Assembly: GCA_903926285.1 (NCBI GenBank)
Contig: CAIYIP010000441.1
Location: 1-27,505, forward strand
Length of the DNA stretch: 27,505 bases
From: an uncultured Gammaproteobacteria bacterium
GTDB taxonomy: Bacteria > Pseudomonadota > Gammaproteobacteria > Pseudomonadales > Pseudohongiellaceae
Reading direction: 5' to 3'
Shown here: one piece after another, positions 1-7,026 of the stretch
How positions within the stretch are numbered: position 1 is the stretch's first letter
How the letters are laid out: each line of letters begins with the position of its first letter
Notes under the pieces: model-generated
What the model saw: only the letters and a program-made list of their open reading frames with translations
Databases searched by the model: none
Told to the model about the DNA's origin: nothing
Made by a program: the position numbers and the translations under genes

Positions 1-1
1 C

Positions 2-1213
2 GTGCCGACGCCGATGGAGGAGTTATCCGCAGGCATGCTGACCTCGGCGAGCGGCGCGGTGGAACTGGTGCTAGGCCTGGTCGGTGTCATGACGCTGTTC
101 CTCGGACTGATGAAGGTGGCCGAAGCCGGCGGCCTGCTGGTGATTATCGCGCGCGTGATAAGGCCTTTTATGACCCGGCTGTTTCCCGAGATTCCGCCGG
201 ACCATCCGGCCATGGGCGCGATGATCCTCAACATGTCGGCCAATGCGCTGGGGCTGGGCAATGCCGCGACGCCGTTCGGCATACGCGCGATGCAGGAGCT
301 CGACAAACTCAATACTCGACCGGGAACCGCGACCAACTCTATGGCGCTGTTCCTTGCGATCAACACCTCGAGCATTACACTGCTGCCAACAGGGGTGATT
401 GCGATTCGTGCCGCTGCCGGCTCTGTCGATCCTGCGGCCATCCTGCCCACAACGTTGTTCGCCAGTGTGTGCGCGACGACTTTCGCCATCCTGATCACGT
501 TCTTCTTGCGGCGCTTCTTTCCGGTCGGTCCGCCGGATGCCACCGCCGCTGCTATGCCCCGTCCATGGGTCGAGGAGAACGACGCGCGCGAAGCCTTGCC
601 GACGGATTCCGGTGGATATCCTGCATGGGTGTCGATGCTCGCACTGGGCGGTATGCTCGCACTGATTCCCGCCACCATCGTGTGGGGACGGGTAATCTCG
701 CCGTGGATCATTCCCGGCCTGATGGTCGGCTTCCTCGTCTTTGGCGCATTACGCGGGGTGCGCATCTATGAAGTGTTTGTCGAAGGCGCAAAAGACGGCT
801 TCCAGGTTGCGCTACGCATCATTCCATATTTGGTAGCCATCCTGGTTGCGGTTGGGATGTTCCGCGCGAGCGGGGCGATGGACGTGTTGGTGAACATGTT
901 GGGTGGCTTCACCTCCAAAGTAGGTTTGCCGGCCGAAGCCTTGCCGATGGCGCTGCTGCGACCCTTGTCCGGTTCGGGCGCCTACGGGGTCATGGTCTCG
1001 ATCATCAATGATCCAGCGATCGGTCCCGACAGCTACGTCGGTTACCTGGTCTCGACACTACAAGGTTCGTCCGAGACCACGTTTTATGTGCTCGCGGTCT
1101 ATTACGGGGCGATACAAATACGTCGCATACGCCATACGCTCGCTGCCGCGCTGATGTCCGATGTAGTCGCGGTGATCGCGTCCGTGGCTATCTGTAGTTA
1201 TCTGTTTGTGTGA
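2..1213 (+). CDS. SpmA/SpmB-like fused nucleoside-recognition (gate) domain membrane protein, probably 5'-truncated by the window edge
   Basis: Open from base 2. Hydrophobic throughout. SpmA-type motifs 'NMSANALGLGNAATPFGIRAMQEL' and 'LAINTSSITLLP' in the N-half; SpmB-type 'LLRPLSGSGA' and 'STLQGSSETTFYVLAVYYG' in the C-half. Confidence 0.85.
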   Translation: MPTPMEELSAGMLTSASGAVELVLGLVGVMTLFLGLMKVAEAGGLLVIIARVIRPFMTRLFPEIPPDHPAMGAMILNMSANALGLGNAATPFGIRAMQELDKLNTRPGTATNSMALFLAINTSSITLLPTGVIAIRAAAGSVDPAAILPTTLFASVCATTFAILITFFLRRFFPVGPPDATAAAMPRPWVEENDAREALPTDSGGYPAWVSMLALGGMLALIPATIVWGRVISPWIIPGLMVGFLVFGALRGVRIYEVFVEGAKDGFQVALRIIPYLVAILVAVGMFRASGAMDVLVNMLGGFTSKVGLPAEALPMALLRPLSGSGAYGVMVSIINDPAIGPDSYVGYLVSTLQGSSETTFYVLAVYYGAIQIRRIRHTLAAALMSDVVAVIASVAICSYLFV

Positions 1214-1356
1214 GGGCATAAATCGAGCGCATAAGTGGAATTGGCCAGCGTTGCCTCGTCCGTGTTTGCGTGCGGGTGGGAGTAAACCAAAGCTGCAAAC
1301 ATGCGTTCAAACATGCAACGCTCGTTTAATTGAACAACCTTAGGAAATACGCACCC

Positions 1357-2538
1357 ATGCCCAGCGTTAAAAGCAGACTAGCTTTTTTACTAACCGTGCT
1401 GTATCTGCTGTGCGCCAATACAGTGATGGCGTACAACGAGGATGATTCGAATCGCTTGTTTGCGTTCGCCGAGAGCCAGTATCCGCAGTTTTTCGCGCCA
1501 GCTAATACAGCGACGAAGACTGGTTCGGCCTTTGGCAAGGCGTTCTACTACCGCTACTACCAGACCACGGGCAATTACCTGGGTACACGTGGCAACCAGG
1601 TCTATGTGTATGGCGACGCCTTCAGCCGGAATTTGCTTCAGGCAGGTGTCCTCGCCGATTTTATTACCGTCTCACCGACCGACATCACTGGCGCCAGCTT
1701 GCACAATCGTATGAGCGTATGTAGTTACTATGCCGGGGATTACACGGCTGTGGCACAGGATGTCAAGCGGAGCAGGAAATTTTCCGGCGCGCTGACCGTT
1801 GCTATTGAAAACGATGAATGTGTTTTTATCAGCAACTCGATTCCAAACCATGAGTTCAACGATGCTACGGCCAACATGGCGACAGCTGTCAGGGAAGTGG
1901 CTTCCGTATATCGGGTAACAACCACGCCCGCGTTTGCGGCGCAGAGCACGCCGATCTCGCTGCAGTATAACAACGCTATTCTGCTCAACGGAGTGAAAGT
2001 GGATGTGCTGGCTGCCGGTTGTTACGGCGTAGCTGATGGCAACATTGGCTGCAACAACATGAGCCAGCCGTGGCGCTACGATCCGCTTGGTGTCAGCCAT
2101 CGGTTTGGCGCCGATATTCACAATGCCCACACTCAGCCCGATGGTACCTATCACTACCATGGCAACCCGGCAGCATTGTTCTCCGCCATGCCTGTTGCTG
2201 AATCACCTGTCATTGGCTTTGCTGCCGATGGCTTTCCTGTCTACGGATCGTACATTCTTGACGCGAGCACTGCAGCCCTTGGGGATTATCGCGCAGTGAC
2301 AAGCAGCTATAGGCTCAAAAACGGCGCACGGCCGACAGGTGGCGGCAATCCTGGTGGACAATACGACGGAGCCTTTGTTGATGATTACGAATATGTCGAA
2401 AGCAGTGGTGATCTCGACGAATGCAATGGCATGGTCCGCAACGGTTCATATGGCTACTACGTGACGGATGCTTATCCCTACATAATCAAATGTTTTAGGG
2501 GCACGCCGAATATTTCGTTCAGGAAAGGAGGGCCTTGA
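1357..2538 (+). CDS. Secreted YHYH-domain protein with an extra N-terminal domain
   Basis: ATG at 1357 preceded by AGGA. Signal-like 'SRLAFLLTVLYLLCANTVMA'. Family motifs 'GTYHYHGNP', 'IGFAADGFPVYG', 'GDLDECNG' and 'YPYIIKCFRG'. Confidence 0.85.
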   Translation: MPSVKSRLAFLLTVLYLLCANTVMAYNEDDSNRLFAFAESQYPQFFAPANTATKTGSAFGKAFYYRYYQTTGNYLGTRGNQVYVYGDAFSRNLLQAGVLADFITVSPTDITGASLHNRMSVCSYYAGDYTAVAQDVKRSRKFSGALTVAIENDECVFISNSIPNHEFNDATANMATAVREVASVYRVTTTPAFAAQSTPISLQYNNAILLNGVKVDVLAAGCYGVADGNIGCNNMSQPWRYDPLGVSHRFGADIHNAHTQPDGTYHYHGNPAALFSAMPVAESPVIGFAADGFPVYGSYILDASTAALGDYRAVTSSYRLKNGARPTGGGNPGGQYDGAFVDDYEYVESSGDLDECNGMVRNGSYGYYVTDAYPYIIKCFRGTPNISFRKGGP

Positions 2539-2573
2539 CTCGTTCGGATCAAAGGTGTCCGAGCAAATTAAAT

Positions 2574-2586
2574 AAATGGGACACCC
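2574..2586. repeat. Left arm of a 13-bp inverted repeat (AAATGGGACACCC)
   Basis: Exact reverse complement of GGGTGTCCCATTT at 3839-3851. Confidence 0.7.
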
Positions 2587-2733
2587 TCTCGTTAACCCCT
2601 CGTTAACCATCCAGCGCCGTCGGCAGTTGCGCATGGCGATGCTTGCGGCTTTGATCCAAGGTGTCTTGACGAGCAGGGTGCGTGAGTAGCCGCAGGTGCC
2701 GGGTGCTTGCTTAGGATCGCCTGCGGATTTCGC

Positions 2734-3228
2734 TTAACCCAGTCGTCGTTTTATCACCAGCGCCATCGGCACAGTAAAGCAAAAATGCGACATGAAGCCG
2801 CCAATGATCACGACCGGATCGGAGTAGTTGGGGTGATTGTCGGAGGCAACCATGATGGCCGCATGCATGACGATCCACGCAATCATCGCGTAGAACAGCG
2901 CAACGAAGGTCGCTTCAAAACCACGCTTGCGGAACCAGGGCCAGATCAGCGCGAACAACACGCCCCACGCGATCGAGAAGAAGAAATGAATGCCGGTACC
3001 CACGACATGTGCAAGCAAACCAAGTGACTCCTGCACAGCACTGCCAAATACCAGGCCTGTTGCGTTGCGTGGAATACCTGCCAGCGGCATCTGATGTTGC
3101 ACGCCTACCCACACCAATGCCTCGTAGATCCAGATAATTACGCCACCGGCAAGTCCGCCTGCTACACCAGCCTGCACAGCAGCTTTGCGATCAGTTACGT
3201 GGGCGCCAGTATTTAAATTGCTGTTCAT
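2734..3228 (-). CDS. Hypothetical membrane protein, about 4 TM segments, 164 aa
   Basis: Hydrophobic segments 'GVAGGLAGGVIIWIYEALVWV', 'FFFSIAWGVLFALIW', 'FVALFYAMIAWIVMH' and 'IIGGFMSHFCFTVPMALVI'. ATG at 3228 chosen to avoid overlap with the upstream gene. Confidence 0.7.
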   Translation of the reverse strand: MNSNLNTGAHVTDRKAAVQAGVAGGLAGGVIIWIYEALVWVGVQHQMPLAGIPRNATGLVFGSAVQESLGLLAHVVGTGIHFFFSIAWGVLFALIWPWFRKRGFEATFVALFYAMIAWIVMHAAIMVASDNHPNYSDPVVIIGGFMSHFCFTVPMALVIKRRLG

Positions 3229-3250
3229 ATCTTTTATTGCCTCGTTTGCT

Positions 3251-3520
3251 TCAGGGTGACTTTTTGATTGTTCCGTACAGAGAACGTCCGGATCCGCTAG
3301 CCTTGGTAAACGTATCAACATACAACTTTTCCACTTGTTCTCTGGCCCATGGTGTTTTGCGCAAAAATTTAAGCGTGGATTTCACGGAGGGATCAGACTT
3401 GAAACAGTTGATATTAATTTTGTTGGCAAGTGTTTCCCAGCCGTAATAGCCCTCAAGTTTTACGACGATGTCCTCCAGTGAAAGTCCATGAAGAGGATTG
3501 TTGGGTTGTTCGTCGCTCAT
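3251..3520 (-). CDS. VF530 / DUF2132 family small putative DNA-binding protein
   Basis: Family signatures '[13 protein letters not shown]', '[41 protein letters not shown]'. Confidence 0.9.
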   Translation of the reverse strand: MSDEQPNNPLHGLSLEDIVVKLEGYYGWETLANKININCFKSDPSVKSTLKFLRKTPWAREQVEKLYVDTFTKASGSGRSLYGTIKKSP

Positions 3521-3559
3521 GCCAGATTAAGTCCGTGTTGGTCGTTAGGTCTTCTCAGG

Positions 3560-3597
3560 CATGACAGACTACAGGGATGGAGCTACAGCGTCATCCG
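3560..3597. repeat. Truncated copy of the REP-like core found elsewhere in the window
   Basis: Minus strand reads GACGCTGTAGCTCCATCCCTGTAG, matching the core words CGTCCCTGTAGC (near 19585) and ACGCCGTGAATCC (17781). Confidence 0.45.
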
Positions 3598-3603
3598 CGT
3601 TTA

Positions 3604-3702
3604 TTAGCTCGCGGTGGATGAGGCGCACTTTCTTGCGCGGCCTGCCAGGGGTGTAGCAGAAAGCGCAGCGGCTGTTTGCAGGAATTGACGCCTGTTGGTC
3701 AT
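3604..3702 (-). pseudogene. Remnant of a Tat-exported protein gene (32-aa ORF, essentially only a twin-arginine signal)
   Basis: AAGGAG 8 nt before ATG 3702. Translates MTNRRQFLQTAAALSATPLAGRARKCASSTAS, then TAA TAA. NRRQFL fits the Tat consensus. Not in the supplied ORF track. Confidence 0.6.
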
Positions 3703-3838
3703 GGTTAGCACTCCTTCTACGGCTGTCAGTAGGCCGTTGGCTTTTTATTGCATACCGAGCTTCTGCTGGCAGGAAGAATAACCCGTAATCGTTAGGCGTC
3801 AAACCTCAACTTGCTTGCTGCAGGCTTGCAGGAAAAGC

Positions 3839-3851
3839 GGGTGTCCCATTT
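3839..3851. repeat. Right arm of the 13-bp inverted repeat, followed by a pyrimidine-rich degenerate (TTTCC/CCCATTTCC) tract
   Basis: GGGTGTCCCATTT, then TCCTTTCCTTTTTCCTTCTCTCCCATTTCCTTCC to about 3885. Confidence 0.7.
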
Positions 3852-4018
3852 CCTTTCCTTTTTCCTTCTCTCCCATTTCCTTCCTCGGTTGGCGTCGAAC
3901 AGTGGCTGAAAAAGTCCGGTGATTTGCGGGAAGTGTACTAGGCTGTTTTTACAAGCTCAGAGTGAACAACGCTCAACCGTTTGCTCATCTTGAATCATGG
4001 ACGTTTTAGGAGTCACCC

Positions 4019-5374
4019 GTGCCCAAAAAGCGCATTGAATACATTGCAGCAAAAGCCTGGTACAGGGAGTACGTATTGCTGGTCCTTGTGCTGGTATATG
4101 CCATCAACATCATGGACAGGCAGGTGCTGGCCTTGCTGCTTGAAGATATAAAACGCGAGTTCCAGCTCACGGATTCCCAGCTTGGCCTTCTGGGTGGCGT
4201 TGCCTTCGCATTTTTCTATTCAGTACTTGGTATTCCGCTGGCGCGCTGGGCAGATCGCGGTAACAGAAAAACCGTACTGGCGCTTTGTGTGCTGTTCTGG
4301 AGTATCGCCACTGCCTTGTGTGGATTTGCGGTTGGCTTCATGACGCTGATCGCCGCGCGTATCGGTACTGCAATTGGTGAGGCAGGCGGTTCGCCCACTT
4401 CACATGCGCTGATAGCCGATTACTTCAACGCAAAACAACGTGCAACAGCCTTGGCTATTTTTGCGCTCGGCGTGCCGCTGGGCTCGATTGTCGGCAATCT
4501 CGCCAGCGGATGGCTCAATGAATATTTCGCCTGGCGGTATGTTTTTATTGCGGTAGGTGCGCCGGGGATAGTTGTTGCTTTCCTAGTGCTGTTATCGATA
4601 AAGGAACCGGCGCAATCAAAATCCGTTGTTGGCGGCAGCAGCACTATTGCCCCAGAAATGCCTTCAGTCTGGACCGCACTGCAGTATTTGTGGCTCAGGA
4701 AATCCTATGTACATATGTGTCTTGCGGCAGGACTGCATTCTGTCGTTTGGTATGCAGGTAGCACCTGGAATGCTGCGTTCCTGATGCGTTCACATGGCAT
4801 AGGCACTGGTTATGCCGGTTCATTGATTGCCACGTTTGCGTTGGTTGGCCTGGTCGGCACTTTTTTTGGCGGCTTTCTGGCAGACAAACTTACGCTTAAA
4901 CATAACGAGCAACGCTGGCACATGTGGTTGCCAGCCATTTCGATAGTGTTGATGGTGCCATTCCAGTTTTCGTCGTACCTGAGCGAGAGTCTGTCGGCAG
5001 CAGTGGCCTCATTTTGGGTGATGATGATATTTGCCTCGACGTTTTTTGGCCCATCCTATGCCGTGTGCCAGGCGCTGGCAGGCGCCCAAATGCGCGCCTT
5101 TGCAGCTTCTATCCTGCTCTTTGTGCAAACCCTGGTGGGCCTGGGTTTGGGACCATATCTTGTGGGAGTGCTCAGCGATTATCTGCTGCCAGCCTTGGGT
5201 GTCAGTGCGCTGCGTTACGCGCTGGTTGTTGTAGGTCTGGTGAATCTTTGGTCGGTGTATCACTATCTTCACGCGAGCCAAAGTTATCGCGAGGATTTGG
5301 CGCTTTCCCATCTACCTCAGTCACCTCCAGCCGACAAGGCAAACATAATTGGCGGCGCGGGCCTCGCTAATTAA
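4019..5374 (+). CDS. MFS transporter (spinster-like subfamily)
   Basis: GTG start after AGGAG. About 12 TM segments. 'INIMDRQVLALL', motif-A-like 'GIPLARWADRGNRK', 'GEAGGSPTSHALIADYF' and 'GGFLADKL'. Confidence 0.92.
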   Translation: MPKKRIEYIAAKAWYREYVLLVLVLVYAINIMDRQVLALLLEDIKREFQLTDSQLGLLGGVAFAFFYSVLGIPLARWADRGNRKTVLALCVLFWSIATALCGFAVGFMTLIAARIGTAIGEAGGSPTSHALIADYFNAKQRATALAIFALGVPLGSIVGNLASGWLNEYFAWRYVFIAVGAPGIVVAFLVLLSIKEPAQSKSVVGGSSTIAPEMPSVWTALQYLWLRKSYVHMCLAAGLHSVVWYAGSTWNAAFLMRSHGIGTGYAGSLIATFALVGLVGTFFGGFLADKLTLKHNEQRWHMWLPAISIVLMVPFQFSSYLSESLSAAVASFWVMMIFASTFFGPSYAVCQALAGAQMRAFAASILLFVQTLVGLGLGPYLVGVLSDYLLPALGVSALRYALVVVGLVNLWSVYHYLHASQSYREDLALSHLPQSPPADKANIIGGAGLAN

Positions 5375-5376
5375 TC

Positions 5377-7026
5377 ATGAAAAATTCGTACAGGGATATT
5401 CTGCCGCAGCACTATGCTGAATTTCCAGGGAGTGATCTCAACGGCAGCATTGTCGATCGCTTCCGCAAAATAGTTGCGCAGCATGGCGCGCGAGTAGCAA
5501 TCCAGCATAACGATGAAAGTATTACGTATGCACTTCTTGATCTTGCTTCAAGTGCACTCGCTGCCTTGCTGCTAACCCGGATCAGTCTGAGCAGGGCGCC
5601 CGTAGCCATGATGTACAAGCATGGTCCCAGTTATAACATCGCGCAATTCGCAGTATTAAAAAGTGGCAACTTTTACGCGAATATCGATTGCGAACTCAAG
5701 CTGGAACGACAGCTGCTGATCCTTGGTGATCTCGATGCGCGCATTATCCTGTGTGACGACGCATGCGCGGCCAAAGCCGGGTTGCTGGCGCAGGCGTTCC
5801 CGGACTTGCTTGTTGTAAACACGGAAAGCGTTGATTTGTTCGGTCCGGGCAACCTTCCTGAGATCAGCATCACGCCACAGGACTACGCGTATATTGTTTA
5901 TACCTCAGGTTCAACCGGACCGCCGCAAGGTGTCATCGTTTCGCACGCAAGTGTTCTGCACTTCACGCGTAACCACACCAACTACATGCATCTGCATAGT
6001 GATGATCGCGCCACACAAATATGCCCCCTGTGGACAGGCGCGAGTGCGGCTGAAATTTTTCCGGTACTGTTGAATGGCGCCAGCTTGTTTCCCTATTCAG
6101 TAAATACGCATGGACTTCAGCAATTAACCAACTTGCTCACAACTGAAAGAATAACGATGTTTACTGCGGTACCAATTTTGTTCCGTATGACGATGCAAGC
6201 AATCGGAGAAGATAAAAAATTTGCTGACATGCGTATGCTCAGGCTGGCGGGCGACAGGACTACACGCGCCGAGGTTGCCTTGTTCCAAAAGCATTTTACC
6301 AAAAAGTGTTTGTTGAGGGTCGGGCTGGGTGCATCAGAGGCTCTGATGTTTGCCCATTTTTTTATCGACACGGAATATCAGATGGCTGGTGAAATCGCAC
6401 CTGTGGGTTACGCTCTCGAAGATATGGAATTGTTGCTGCTTGATGATGACTGGAACGAAATAAAGACTGCCGGTGAATACGGCGAAATTGCCGTAAGAAG
6501 TAAATACCTGAGTGTGGGTTATTGGAAAAATCCTGCGTTAACACAAGAGCGCTTTCTCACCGATGGCCTCGATCATGAAAAAAAAATATACCTGTCGCGC
6601 GACATTGGTTATCGCGATGCCCAAGGGCGTTTGCATCATGCAGGACGAATAGATGCCAGAGTAAAAATTTACGGCAAGATGTATCTTGTTACCGATGTCG
6701 AGGCAGCCCTGCTTGGTATTAACCATATAAAGGAGGCCGTGGTAATTCCCTTTGACAGTGGCGCGCGGGGTACGGAGCTTGCCGCTTACATAGTGACTGA
6801 AAACGGCTACTGCGACCTTGCGGCAATCAGGCAGCAGCTTGCCGCAAAGGTGGCGGCCGAAATCAGGCCCAGGACCATAACAATTCTGGATGCCATGCCG
6901 CTGCACACCAATAACAAGATAAACCGGTTGCAACTGAAAGACTACGCGGGGCCATCGTTAAGTCAGGAACAAGCAGTCAGTCAGTTCGGGCCACAACTGC
7001 GTGTGGTCCCACAAGTACCGCATTGA
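5377..7026 (+). CDS. Stand-alone NRPS-type adenylation (AMP-binding) domain protein, no thiolation domain
   Basis: A3 'YIVYTSGSTGPPQG', A5-like 'GLGASE', A6 'GEIAVRSKYLSVGYW', A7 'YLSRDIG', A8 'GRIDARVKIYG', A10 'MPLHTNNKINR'. No GG(D/H)SL carrier motif after A10. Confidence 0.88.
   Translation: MKNSYRDILPQHYAEFPGSDLNGSIVDRFRKIVAQHGARVAIQHNDESITYALLDLASSALAALLLTRISLSRAPVAMMYKHGPSYNIAQFAVLKSGNFYANIDCELKLERQLLILGDLDARIILCDDACAAKAGLLAQAFPDLLVVNTESVDLFGPGNLPEISITPQDYAYIVYTSGSTGPPQGVIVSHASVLHFTRNHTNYMHLHSDDRATQICPLWTGASAAEIFPVLLNGASLFPYSVNTHGLQQLTNLLTTERITMFTAVPILFRMTMQAIGEDKKFADMRMLRLAGDRTTRAEVALFQKHFTKKCLLRVGLGASEALMFAHFFIDTEYQMAGEIAPVGYALEDMELLLLDDDWNEIKTAGEYGEIAVRSKYLSVGYWKNPALTQERFLTDGLDHEKKIYLSRDIGYRDAQGRLHHAGRIDARVKIYGKMYLVTDVEAALLGINHIKEAVVIPFDSGARGTELAAYIVTENGYCDLAAIRQQLAAKVAAEIRPRTITILDAMPLHTNNKINRLQLKDYAGPSLSQEQAVSQFGPQLRVVPQVPH

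Larger units (their letters stand above)
2574..3851. mobile_element. Candidate non-autonomous inserted segment bounded by inverted repeats (no transposase)
   Basis: 13-bp perfect IR at both ends with degenerate short repeats next to each arm. All recognisable internal genes are on the minus strand, in a plus-strand neighbourhood. No target-site duplication seen. Confidence 0.35.

Noticed and set aside
1296-1316. CAAACATGC direct repeat upstream of the YHYH gene as an operator
   Set aside because: Only 9 bp twice, with no assignable regulator. Could be chance.
3544-3797. Two GTTAGGY words (3544 and 3791) suggesting integron attC sites around small cassette-like genes
   Set aside because: I could not find the partner RYYYAAC/GTTRRRY or an imperfect palindrome within about 150 bp of either, and no integrase is present.
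3569-3802. 77-aa minus-strand ORF (MTPNDYG...) from the track
   Set aside because: No RBS or recognisable motif. The RBS and Tat signal belong to a different frame (3702-3604).
3900-3958. CAGTGGCTGAAAAAGTCC...GGCTGTTTTTACAAGC, reminiscent of IS5/IS1182-type ends
   Set aside because: The arms do not pair convincingly and no transposase fragment is nearby.
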